Source: Octopus sinensis
Lineage: Eukaryota
Length of the DNA stretch: 50,801 bases
Direction: 5' to 3'
NCBI RefSeq assembly: GCF_006345805.1
Contig: NW_021834274.1
Coordinates: 1-50,801 of the forward strand
Every line of letters begins with the position of its first letter. Within the stretch, counting starts at the first letter, position 1. The translations under genes and the position numbers were made by a program. Shown piece after piece: positions 10,481 through 23,013 of the stretch. The notes under the pieces are model-generated. The model was given only the letters and a program-made list of their open reading frames with translations, was not told where the DNA came from and did not search any database.

Positions 10481-11299
10481 TTTGTCCTAGATGTTTATAT
10501 TCTGAGTTCAAATCCTCCTTTGACCATCTCTATCTTTAAAATAAACTCCCAGTCAAGCACTGGAGCGAATTATCTAGTTACCTTCTCGATTCTAGCACTT
10601 CAGGATTTCAAACTTAAGTCAGTAAAATACTCTTCTTTTATTTCTTGGTTCTTTTTATCATGCTAATCTACTGGAAATAAGAGGTTTAGACGCAGAACAT
10701 TAAGAGAAGGAAGTATACCGCAAGGCATTTTTTCCGACGCTCTAACGGTTCGACCAAACCTGAAGTTGATTTTATATATTGTTTAGGCCCAGGTATATAT
10801 TGTTTATACATTTTATATATCGTTGAGGCCCAGGTAATCCCAGAAACAAAAAACTACTAACAAAGACATACTTGTGATCAAGCCTGGCATCTTTTGAAAT
10901 TTTTTCGGACAAGTATTCAGGACTTTATTAGCCGATATTTGTTTCATTTTTGACATAGTATGGTGTGGCTAAGAGAGGATTTGGCTTCTGTTTCTAACAG
11001 CTGTGTTGCCTTATCCATAGATACACATCCATTGGTTCCTAAATACTGTTGTAGTTACTGTACAGAACCTCTAAGTAGCCTTGACTCCGATCGACCAACA
11101 TAAAATGAGCAACCAATCCACATATTTAGAGCACTAGGGTAGCTATTATCCACTGGCACGTCAACCAAGTATCATCCCAAGGCAATATTGATCCAGCAGA
11201 CACAACATGAAAATGATTGCCCCACATCTTTGGTTCCCCAAAGTAGACATGATCCAATAAAATATCAAAAACGTAACCACCCAATGTATTGCTGTTTCC

Positions 11300-12535
11300 T
11301 AAACTGAAATAGCTAGTTGTTGGGACATCACTCAGGATGCTTTTGAAGTCAGCAGTCACTACAAGCTTCTAAGCTCTGTCATATGTAGCAGGGTCGCGAT
11401 CTAGTTAGACCAGGATGTTCTCTTCCTGCCTCTCGATGTGCTTCGAGGGATGGTTTTTGGTAGGGAGTTGTGGCGGGATACACGACGTACCAGGCAAACG
11501 TTTGTCTTTTGACCTGTGCAAGAAGTGTTCCAGTTTACCAGCGTACTTGCAGACTTACTGCCTAACAAAGCTGTCCACCTTATGTTCCCTATACTGCAGG
11601 GGTTCTCAACGATTTCTTTAAATCTATGGACCCCTTTAATTACGACTTCATTCTGGTGGATCCCCATAGTCATTCAGGGTTTAAAAGCTAGTTTTACAGA
11701 AACGCCTTTCAAAATTCTAATTTGTTTTTCGCACATTAACTTATGTCGGTTGAACAATGTAAATCGTCGGATAAAGAAACCAAGCTGTTTCTTGCAATAC
11801 ATACCAATGCATACATCTAATGCAGGGGTTCCCAAGCATTTTTTAAAAACATCTATGGATCCCTTTCACTACTATTTTATTCTTGTTGACCACCATAGCC
11901 GTCCAATATTTAAAAACTAGTTTTATAGAAACTTCTTGCAAACTTCCTATTTTGTTTTTCAGACATTAACTTGTTTAGGTTGAACTATGTAAAATGTCAG
12001 AGAAGGAAACCTAGCTGCCTCTTGCAATACATACCAATACATACATCTAAAGCAAAACTTTCTCTGGGGTCCTTAAAATACTGTTGTAGACCCCCGCCAC
12101 CACCATATCTTATATAGACCCTCAAGGGCCATATGGACCCACTGGTAATCGGGATGCGGAACAGCAGTCTGAAGCACCTGTCCCCAAATATCTGGATCCT
12201 TCGTTCCATGTCAACATTAAGAATCTACGCAAAGGGATTGACGTCATCTGGAACTTGTGCAATCTGAGCCTCGTTGGAAAACTAATGAATCTGCTTTTCC
12301 ATATGGATTTCAGCTTCGTCATAGCAGCAGAGACTAAACTGGGTCTTCTTGTTATCTCCTTTTGACGTAGGGTAACATTAATGCATCTCAACATCCACGA
12401 TGTAACCACACCAATGTATTTATAGGCCCTGCAGCTCTGATTCAGTAGAACCATAGTCCAAGACGTCACCACTCCTTATACTTTGAAACTTCGGACAGCT
12501 TTGAGCCTACAAACTTTACAACAAAGGCGTGAATG
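11300..12535 (-). pseudogene. RTE-clade LINE relic (reverse transcriptase C-terminal/thumb region), frameshifted and interrupted by a MITE at 11597-12146
   Basis: Translated pieces YKYIG, KEITRR..SAAMTKLKSIWKS, ERRIQIFGDRCFRLLFRIP | YREHK..FVRQ, VSRHNSLPKTI..RGRKRTSW follow the RTE RT C-terminal motif order. Confidence 0.85.
11597..12146 (+). mobile_element. hAT-like MITE with an internal tandem duplication (units 11597-11822 and 11823-12146)
   Basis: Both units start CAGGGGTTC(T/C)CAA, a hAT-type terminus, and share about 225 bp of similar sequence. The right terminus is degenerate and no TSD was found. Confidence 0.6.
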
Positions 12536-12632
12536 ACCCATATATATATATGATTTTGATTTTTTTTTTGATTTTTCCAGTTTCAGCTAATGAGCTGTGG
12601 CCATGCTGGGGCACCGCCATAATATATATATA

Positions 12633-12703
<71 letters not shown>

Positions 12704-12719
12704 TATTATTATTATCATT

Positions 12720-13071
12720 AAGTAGTTATATTATTATAGCGTGCTTTCACTTCACTACCGAGCGCAGCTCTGTGTGCCTTGGTTATGTGCTGTGATTTGT
12801 TGTGATGCTCTGATGGTTAATGTATGGAAAGTGTTCTGCGTAGGATGTGTGCAGTGCCTAGTAGTGCAATTTTCTGTATGTTATATGTGTTTGTAAGTCC
12901 TGGTGTTTTTGTTATGTATTTGTCTGAATATTTTTTTATCATGCCTAATGCACCTACTATGATAGGAATTGTTTCTGTTTTTAGATTCCACATTCTGTAT
13001 TTTGAAAGTTTCTCCATTTCTTTTAGAGACACGTTATCATCCGCTGGTATTGATACATCAATTAGAAAGCA
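12720..13071 (-). mobile_element. R4/Dong-clade LINE 3' fragment (restriction-like endonuclease C-terminus plus 3' UTR)
   Basis: FLIDVSIPADDNVSLKEMEKLSKY..RMWNLKTETIPIIVGALG..GTAHILRRTLSIH, ending in (TAA)n on the element strand. Confidence 0.9.
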
Positions 13072-13082
13072 TTATTTCTATA

Positions 13083-13113
<31 letters not shown>

Positions 13114-13129
13114 TATTATTATTATTACT

Positions 13130-13352
13130 AAGGCGTCGATCCAGCCGAATCGTTAGTACGCTGGGCAAAATATTTAGCGACATGTCATCTGTCTTCATTT
13201 TCTTAGTTCAATTCCTGCCGGGATTGCCTTTGCCCTTTGCCTTTCATCTTTTTGTGGCCGATAAGATAGGTACAAGTCAAGCACTGGGGACGATGGAACC
13301 AACTTAATACCTTCCCCCAAAATTTCGAGCTCTTGTGCCTATAGTAGGAAGG
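13130..13352 (+). mobile_element. SINE family B monomer between the two R4 fragments
   Basis: Head GAATCGTTAGTACGCTGGGCAAAA, central GCCTTTCATCTTT, tail AAAATTTCGAGCTCTTGTGCCTATAGTAGG. Confidence 0.75.
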
Positions 13353-13377
13353 ATACTACTACTACTACTACTACTAC

Positions 13378-13422
<45 letters not shown>

Positions 13423-13449
13423 TAATAATAATAATAATAATGATAATGT

Positions 13450-13489
<40 letters not shown>

Positions 13490-13508
13490 GATAATAATAA
13501 TGATAATA

Positions 13509-13564
<56 letters not shown>
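13353..13564 (+). repeat. (TAC)n(TAA/TGA)n compound microsatellite
   Basis: Directly visible. Confidence 0.95.
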
Positions 13565-13565
<1 letters not shown>

Positions 13566-13965
13566 TAGTTGTCAGAGATCATGAAGAAAAAAATGCTTCT
13601 AATTGATGTATCAATACTGGCAGATGATAACGTGTCTCTAAAAGAAATGGAGAAACTTTCAAAATACAAAGACCTGGAAATAGAGGTAACCAGAATGTGG
13701 AATCTAAAAACAGAAACAATTCCTATCATAGTAGGTGCATTAGGCATGATAAAAAAAAATTCAGACAAATACATAACAAAAACAGCAGGACTTACAAACA
13801 CATATAACATACAGAAAATTGCATTACTAGGTACTGCACACATCCCACGCAGAACACTTTCCATACATTAACCACAAGAGCATCACAACAAATCACAGCA
13901 CATACCCAAGGCACACAGAGCTGCGCTCGGTAGTGAAGTGAAAGCACGCTATAAAAATAAAACTA

Positions 13966-13969
<4 letters not shown>
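13565..13969 (+). mobile_element. R4/Dong-clade LINE 3' fragment, same subfamily as 12720-13071
   Basis: IVVRDHEE..LIDVSILADDNVSLKEMEKLSKYKDLEIEVTRMWNLKTETIPIIVGALG..AHIPRRTLSIH, followed by a 3' UTR and (TAA)n. Confidence 0.9.
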
Positions 13970-14206
<237 letters not shown>

Positions 14207-14708
14207 CATTATTGCTATTTATTTATTTTGATGTGTTTGTTGCTTTCGCTGTTACTACAATTCTAGTTATTTCGAGGTTGCTGTTGGTGTCGCAGTTAGT
14301 TATTTGTGTTTACTGTTTTTCATATTTATTCTTATTGTTGTTATTGATACTTCTGCTACTGTTGTTGTTGTTGTTGTTGTTGTTGTCGTTATTGCCATTT
14401 AAACGTCTATTTTCAGGTTGAAGTTCTCATGAATACTAAAACATCATTTGCATAAATTTAAACTTTCATTTCTTGTTCGGTTTGTCTCGGATGCTTTCTG
14501 CAGTGTGACTGACACGGGAGGTAGAAGTAGGAGGGAGGGGCGAGGTGCCTGGTTCGCTCGGAGGGACAAGCTGACTGGATGCAATGAGAAAACTGGGAAT
14601 GGTGTCTCCAGTTCCCATACAAATGCCTCATCATACACACGCACGGATTTACACACATACACATGGGTTTGTGCATAAATATATGCGTGGAACATGTATA
14701 TATATATG

Positions 14709-14765
<57 letters not shown>

Positions 14766-15061
14766 TATATATGTATGTATACAGGTAGATTGATAGATAT
14801 TTGTGTAAAGATATATATATATATATTTACATATATATATATACGCGCACAAGTGCAGGTTTGTATGGACATATGTATACATATACATGTATATATGAAG
14901 ACATATAAATATGTATAAATATAAGCATACACACTTATATATATATATATGCACACATACATAACATTAATACATATAGTTAGCGGTTAATAGATATATC
15001 TGCAATAGATGTTAAAAAGATGCAGGTATGAAATCATCTTGAATATACGTACGAACACTAT

Positions 15062-15436
15062 TGGAAGCCCTCCGTCGGTTACGACGATGAGGGTTCCGGT
15101 TGATCCGATCAACGGAACAGCCTGCTCGTGAAATTAACGTGTAAGTGGCTGAGCACTCCACAGACACGTGTACCCTTAACGTAGTTCTCGGGGATATTCC
15201 GCGTGTGACAAGGCCGGCCCTTTGAAATACAGGTACAACAGAAACAGGAAGTAAGAGTGAGAGAAAGTTGTGGTGAAAGAGTACAGCAGGGATCACCACC
15301 ATCCCCTTCCGAAGCCTCGTGGAGCTTTTAGGTGTTTTCGCTCAATAAACACTCACAACGCCCGGTCTGGGAATCGAAACCGCGATCCTATGGCCGCGAG
15401 TCAGCTGCCCTAACTACTGGGCCATTGCGCCTCCAC
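15062..15436 (-). mobile_element. SINE family C (tRNA-derived, about 380 bp)
   Basis: A-box TGGCCCAGTAG, B-box GGTTTCGATTCCC, and a nearly identical second copy at 30802-31171. Confidence 0.9.
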
Positions 15437-15767
15437 ACGAACACTATTAGATAATGAAATGCACATCTTAAAGACACAGAACACGTATGTGTATGTGTGC
15501 GTGAATGTATGTGTGCGGAAGAGAGGAGAGAGAGAGGGGTATTTTTTTTGTGTGTATGCAGTTTTAAAAATCAAAACTGTAATTTTAAGTAGGGTATGTA
15601 TAACATATTTGTAACCTTTTCCTTACTACTTCACAGAAAAATGTAAAATATAGAAAAGAAATATAAGAATATAATTTGTTATATGAATTCATCAATATAT
15701 CTTAGGTATGTATTGCATGCCCCATTGGTTTGCAATCAGAGATAACGCGTTAGTTATACTCGTATGT

Positions 15768-15847
<80 letters not shown>

Positions 15848-15879
15848 ATGTATGTATGTATGTATATATATATATATAT

Positions 15880-15924
<45 letters not shown>

Positions 15925-15931
<7 letters not shown>

Positions 15932-16039
15932 GTATGCATGTTTTAAGTATATATTTACACACATTTACACACATATGTATATGTATGCATGTTTTAAGTA
16001 TATATATATACACACACACTCATATATGTATATATGTAC

Positions 16040-16103
<64 letters not shown>

Positions 16104-16313
16104 AGAGTGGCTGTGTGGTAAGTAGCTTGCTTATCAACCACAGGTTTCCGCGTTCAGTGTCTCTGAGTAGTACCTTGGGCAAGTGTCTTCTACTATAGCC
16201 ATTGGCCGTCCAAAGCCTTGAGAGTTGATTTGGCAGACGGAAGCTGATATGTATGTATGTATGTAATGTATGTATGTATGTGTATGTATGTATGTATGTA
16301 TGTATGTAGTATG

Positions 16314-16366
<53 letters not shown>

Positions 16367-16503
16367 TATGTATATGTATGCATGTTTTAAGTATATATTT
16401 ACACACATTACACACATATGTATATTATGCATGTTTTAAGTATATATATATACACACACACTCATATATGTATATATGTACGTATATATATATATATATA
16501 TAT

Positions 16504-16541
<38 letters not shown>

Positions 16542-16685
16542 AGGAGTGGCTGTGTGGTAAGTAGCTTGCTTATCAACCACAGGTTTCCGCGTTCAGTGTC
16601 TCTGAGTAGTACCTTGGGCAAGTGTCTTCTACTATAGCCATTGGCCGTCCAAAGCCTTGAGAGTTGATTTGGCAGACGGAAGCTG

Positions 16686-16716
<31 letters not shown>

Positions 16717-16760
16717 TGTATGTATGTATGTTGTATGTATGTATGTATGTATGTTTGTAT
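15925..16760 (+). repeat. Tandem duplication of about 440 bp containing the 5' half of a family A SINE
   Basis: GCATGTTTTAAGTATATATTTACAC...GGAAGCTGATATG occurs twice, with private SINE mutations shared between the copies. Confidence 0.9.
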
Positions 16761-16802
16761 GTATGCATGTATGCATGTATGTATATATTATGTGTGTGTA
16801 TA

Positions 16803-16833
<31 letters not shown>

Positions 16834-16906
16834 TTGTCCCCCAACATCGCTTCACAACCGATGCTGGTGTGTTTACGTCCCCGTTACTTAGCGGTTCGGC
16901 AAAAGA
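16538..16906 (+). mobile_element. SINE family A, 3' truncated
   Basis: Head, core, microsatellite and 3' half up to GCGGTTCGGCAAAAGA. Confidence 0.9.
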
Positions 16907-17332
16907 ATAATGTTTAATAGGATGTCCTAGTGTGAAATGGATATTTAGATATTAAATATTATAGGAAGTAGCATTTTAAAACTCAGGTAAGTGTAGCAGT
17001 TATTTAGGAAAGGAAAGTGTTGAAATAAATACAATTGTGAGAAAGTCTGTTATAGTAACGAAATTATTTCATTTCTTAGCAACAATTAACTCCTCACAAA
17101 ACTTATATAAGAACTCATTTTCAGATGATTCAATGCGTGAGTTACTGCGTAGTCACGTGATCAGCTAAAAATAGCAGCCAGATCTTCTACAACTTACACA
17201 GACGCTCACAACTATCGTTTTTAAAAATGAAAGAAACAGCATGTTTACTTATGTCCTCCTGGAATTTGCTACTCAGTGAAAAACTTTGCGCTATTCGTCC
17301 CCAACCATGCTGTTACCGATGTCGACTAACAG

Positions 17333-17730
17333 TTACTCCTTTTTACTCTTTTACTCTTTTACTTGTTTCAGTTATTTGACTGCGGCCATGCTGGAATACC
17401 GCCTTTTATCGAGCAACTCGACCCCAGGACTTATTCTTTGTAAGCCCAGTACTTATTCTATCGCTCTCTTTTTTGCCGAACCGCTAAGTGACGTGACGTA
17501 AACACACCAGCATCGGTTGTGAAGCAATGCTAGGGGGACAAACACAGATACACAAACACACATATATATATATATACAAATATACGACAGGCTTCTTTCA
17601 GTTTCCATCTACCAAATCCACTCACAAAGCATTGGTCGGCCCAGGGCTATAGCAGAAGACACTTGCCCAAGATGCCACGCAGTGGGACTGAACCCGGAAC
17701 CATGTGGTTGGTTAGCAAGCTACTTACCAC
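17333..17730 (-). mobile_element. SINE family A
   Basis: Reverse-complement homology to 3188-3608. Confidence 0.9.
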
Positions 17731-17869
17731 TAATAAAATCTATTTCAATTGCATAAATAGTTTAAATAATAAATCAAAGCAGATTCACTAACATGAGGTG
17801 AACCCTAAGTCAACCGCTTACTAAGAACCAGAAGGTCTGCTGCTCTTTCTTCTTTTCATACATTATTCA

Positions 17870-18135
17870 TTTCTACACACGGCAAAAGGCCCGAAATTTT
17901 TAGTGAGGGGTTCTTAATTTATCGACTCCGAAAGGATGAAAGGCAAAGTCGACCTCGCCGGAATTTGAACTCAGAACGTAAATACAGACGAAATACCACT
18001 AAGCATTTCGCCCGGCGTACTAACGTTATTCTTATTTCTTTATTGCCCAAAAGGGGCTAAACATAGAGGGGGCAAACAAGGACAGTCAAAGGGGCTAAGT
18101 AGATTACATCGACCCAGTGCGTAACTGGAACTTAA
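17870..18135 (-). mobile_element. SINE family B monomer preceded by the linker of a truncated upstream unit
   Basis: Central domain plus linker GGGGCTAAACATAGAG..AAACAAGGACAG. Confidence 0.8.
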
Positions 18136-18542
18136 TTTTGGAATTACGGCCGGTCTTCATGATCCTGTATTTTATCAGACCCTCCAAGATTTGTGCGAGG
18201 ATGGGAGAAAAATCCTTCGATTCTCAAATTAAAGATCTTGTCTGATGCTTGCCGGAGAGTGAATTCCGTTAGAAGTCACCCAAGAATCAGGTAGGTGGTG
18301 GTGTTAAACGGCGACGGATTATGTTTAACAACCAGCAACTCAGAACATAAAGACCAGTTCAATATCGTATGTCAATCATAAATCAACCACTCAGTTCATA
18401 TGCAAATAATTTCAACGACTCTGAAACAATGAAAGCCAAAAATGGTCACGAAAGGATTTCAACCAAGAGTGCAAAAATTCGAATCGAACATCACAGTAAT
18501 ATTTTCCGACAATTTAACTGCCCTGCTAATTCAATATCTATC

Positions 18543-18946
18543 TACAAAACCACTCGAAGAGCACAGACCTCCGCCAAGCAGCTTATTTTAAGATAGATAC
18601 GCGAGTAAAATCACTAAAACAGAAACGAAAATTAACTTTGGATACAGCAACGCCACCATAGGTTATGTGGAAACGATGAACGTATTTTCAAGGGAGATAA
18701 TCAAAGAACGTAAGATTGTAATACTTCATGTAAACTAAATATAGCAAATGAAAAATCCTTCAAGAATTCATAAAAATTCCCGTATCACTACCAAAATTTT
18801 ATCATCTGTTCCTTGTGCCATTACCAACTTTTCCTGGAGGTTCATCAAATACCATTCACAACTTTTTGAGTTATTTTGCACACAGACGGACAGACGGACA
18901 AACCAACGCCAATGAAAACATAACCGCCTTCCTTGGCGGAGGTAAA
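18543..18946 (+). mobile_element. Helentron-associated non-autonomous element (HINE-like)
   Basis: Perfect 12-bp subterminal inverted pair ACCTCCGCCAAG (18567-18578) / CTTGGCGGAGGT (18932-18943), a 3' CCGCC-TTCCTT-GGCGG hairpin, and a short ACGGACAG/ACAA repeat before the 3' end. Confidence 0.7.
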
Positions 18947-20308
18947 AATCAATTCAGGAAGCAAAATTTTTCAAAAGATGGTAGAACAACGAACAAAATA
19001 GCTATGGTGATAAATACAGTTGTTTACCTTCTGAGTTCAAATCTTGCTTCAAATCTCGTGATCAATAAAATATAGTAGTGGGACCGAGCTAATATTCCTA
19101 TACAACATCCTAGATGTGTATTGAATATTAATAGGCGACTTCGGTTCTGAATTTCTAAGATTGTATTCTGACGGTTGAATTGTTTTCATTTATGGTAGTC
19201 TAAGCAATTAATTCGCAACACCTCAACTTAACATAATTAACAATTGTAGCATTAATTATCCTCCCATCACAAGCAAAAATGTTCCCCTTGATGTCAGCCA
19301 GGAACCTGTATATTTACAGTGGTTCTTAGTGTACATCTGTACTGCTGTTTCTATTACTACCATTGCATTAGACCAACCATTAAACACACAACACACACAC
19401 TGTTGTTTAGATTTAGAGTTCGTCTATATTTTTATCTGATATTAACGAAACTTTATTTAATGTACCAAGCACTGAGCCTTTATATCATGCAATTATGAAT
19501 ATTTATAATCAAAGTTATGCATATTAATTATATAATATTACATATTCAATGTTTTCTTTTATCATTTATGAATATTCATGATGTTTGTAAACATTTGGAA
19601 AATGACAATCTTTTCGAAAGTAAAATGCCGTAAAATGACAAAACTGTGTGTGTGTGTGTGTGTGTATGTGTGTGCGTGTGTGCGCGTACGCGTGTGAGTG
19701 TGCGTGTGTGTGTGTGTTTAGTGGTTGGTCTAATACAATGGGATATGCTTTTGTTTCTTATATGCATTCGTCATATTTTGTCATCGTTATAATGTGTGTG
19801 TGTATGTGTGTGTGATATGTATGTATATATATGTGTGCACATTCTTAATGTAATATATGTATTCATAGAATCATCCGGCTATCACAGAAAGCTCCTCTAA
19901 CGGATTCGGCTAACAGACTACCATTGTAATCCAATACAGAGGAGTATAATGCAGAATGACCATGCAGCTGATACCAAGAATATCCGATCGATGAAATTAT
20001 TTCATAAGGGGTATGTAAACATTACAATGGCAAGAAATATGAGGGGTAAATATATTTATTTAATTACTTGTCATTCTAGGATCGTTTCGAAACCTTTTCA
20101 TGTAATAATAATTTTAGTGCATAATAAATTATGTTTACATGTTTGCACTTAAATGCATGCTACGCCTTATGCATTATAATTCTGTATTCACATATCAATG
20201 CAGATTAAGAATATTAACTCATCAGATCACCAGAACTGTGTGCATAAATCTAGAATTCAGTGTTGAATTATATATACAAATATACATACACATACACACA
20301 CACACACA

Positions 20309-20691
20309 TCTATTATATAAAATCCGTTCTGTCTGTGTGTGTGTCTTCTAGGATCTCGGGCATCCCCCATCCAATTGCGCTCAACTTTGATATGTAGATA
20401 CCGACGGTATCAGGGCATGTATAAGTCTTGAAAAAATAACAAAAATCGATTCCAGGTGAGAATTCGATCGGATAAAGCCGTGGGAACGTGCATTTGTAGG
20501 CACAAGTATATCAACTGTTGCGATCGATATTACGCGTACGCGAGAAAATGCACGTGCAGTTTGCGCAAAAAAGGCTGGCTGGCTTGAAATAATGCCACAA
20601 AATGGGACGGTTGGACGAGTTGCTTTGAGAAAATTTGTTTTAAATGTTTGACAAGTCACCACCGTCCATTAGACGGGAGCCGTTTTGCTCG
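20309..20691 (+). mobile_element. Non-autonomous Helitron-like element (383 bp)
   Basis: A|TC 5' end (TCTATTATATAAAA), short TCTG/TG repeat, hairpin CCGTC-CATTA-GACGG (20662-20676) 11 nt before CTCG|T, which is a CTRR variant. Confidence 0.65.
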
Positions 20692-20699
20692 TATATATA

Positions 20700-20835
20700 T
20701 ATCGTAGCGGTTGGCAAAAGATACCGATAGAATAAGTTCTAGGCCTACAAAGAATAAATCTTAAGGTCAATTTGTTCGACTAAAGGTGGTGCTCCGACAT
20801 GGCCACAGTCAAATGACTGAAACAAATAAAAGAAT
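20700..20835 (+). mobile_element. SINE family A 3' fragment
   Basis: GCGGTTGGCAAAAGATACCGATAG...CAGTCAAATGACTGAAAC. Confidence 0.85.
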
Positions 20836-20911
20836 AAATATATATATATACATGTATTTATATAAATATACACATATATTTATATGAGTGTAAATGTTAA
20901 TATATGTATAT

Positions 20912-21300
20912 AATATTTTCTACTCTTGGCACAAAGCCGAAATTTTAGGGGAGGGAGCCAGCTGATTAGAGCGACAAAGTACGCAACAGGTATTTAATTT
21001 ATCGACCCCGAAAAGATGAAAGGCAAAGTCGATCTCGGCGGAATTTGAACTCAGACCATGAAGACAGCAGAAATGACCTATTTCTTTATTTCCCACAAGG
21101 GGCTAAACACAGGGTGGGCAAACAAGGACAGACAAATGGATTAAGCCGATCACATCGACCCCAGTGCGTAACTGTTACTTATTTAATCGACACTGAAAGG
21201 ATGAAAGGCAAAGTCGACCTCCGCGGAATTTGAACTCAGAACGTAATGGCAGACGAAATACGGTTACGCATTTCGCCCGGCGTGCTTACGTTTCTGCCAG
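20912..21300 (-). mobile_element. SINE family B dimer
   Basis: Two central domains with the standard linker. Confidence 0.9.
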
Positions 21301-21620
<320 letters not shown>

Positions 21621-22194
21621 ATGCAATTATGCATGCTTTGCATATCTGTTTCTAAACTTTAGGTCCCAGTTTCGTACCGAGATAGGTAGTGATTGAAAGA
21701 CCATCTATTCATACTGGTTTTAGGCTGACTTTTTCATATAGCTTCTAGAACACAATCTAAAAATATGCATAAACTCATAAGGATTGCATTAGATCTTTTG
21801 AAAAAGTTGCTGATGATAAAAATAATACGTATAGAATAATTACATAAATTAGTAAAGTATTTTGAATAAATAAATAAATATATAAATAAAAGCTTGTTTC
21901 ATTCCCCAAATATTTACATATTCGTGTATTTTGTTTTTGCACGTTTTTATTAACCTCAGCCTGAATTAAATTCTGATTGCTTTGGAAGCAACAATTTTCT
22001 ATCAATCAGTATTCTCGGAACAACTGGGACTTCCCTTTCTTCTAATTTTGTAGTTAACTACTGCTGTTGATTTTGTTGTTGTTGCTGTTGCAGTTGTTGT
22101 TTTGACTTTTTGTTGTAGTAACTTACATGATACATAGCTCACTGCTATGTATCATGTAATTTTCAACTGTCCCCATATGTTTTCAGGCTTGTGA

Positions 22195-22480
22195 AGCCAG
22201 TGAACTGTCAGAATCGTTAAAGCTTAAAAAAAAAAACTGTTTTTTTTTTCAGGTTCTACCCATTCTAAGTTCAAATCCCGCCCAGCGCAACTTTGTCTTT
22301 CATCTTTTCAGGAACCCAATTCAGGCATTTTACGTTCTAAGATTTTTTTAAAAATTCCACTGAGGTCAAAAATTTGCTGCTCACTTTTTTCGGCGTTGAT
22401 AAAATAAACAATCTCTCAAGTACTGGGATCGATGTAATCGACTAGCCTCTATCTCCAAATTTCACGCCTTCGGCTTATTA
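22195..22480 (+). mobile_element. Diverged SINE family B (partial double)
   Basis: CAGAATCGTTA head, GTTCAAATCCCGCC, GATCGATGTAATCGACTAG. Confidence 0.6.
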
Positions 22481-22599
22481 TTATCATTATTATAATAAAC
22501 AGATTCCCAAAATTCCTATGCCAGGTTCTACTGCACCACAGGCGCAACTTTGCGTCTACGAGGCAATGCAACATTGTCCAACCAGAATGCAGTGCTGTA

Positions 22600-23013
22600 T
22601 CTTTTACATTTTACTCTTTTACTTGTTTCAGTCATTTGACTGCGGCCATGCTGGAGCACCGCCTTTAGTCGAGCAAATCGACCCCGGGACTTATTCTTTG
22701 TAAGCCCAGTACTTATTCTATCGGTCTCTTTTGCCGAACCGCTAAGTGACGGGGACGTAAACACACCAGCATCGGTTGTCAAGCAATGCTTGGGGGACAA
22801 ACACAGACACACAAACATATACACACACACTTATATATATATACATATATACGACAGGCTTCTTTCAGTTTCCGTCTACCAAATCCACCACAAGGAATTG
22901 GTCGGCCCGGGGCTATAGCAGAAGACACTTGCCCAAGATGCCACACAGTGGGACTGAACCCGGAACCATGTGGTTGGTTAGCAAACTACTTACCACACAG
23001 CCACTCCTGCGCC
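22600..23013 (-). mobile_element. SINE family A, full length
   Basis: 5' GGCGCAGGAGTGGCTGTGTGGTAAG through to the GTAAAAGA tail. Confidence 0.92.
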
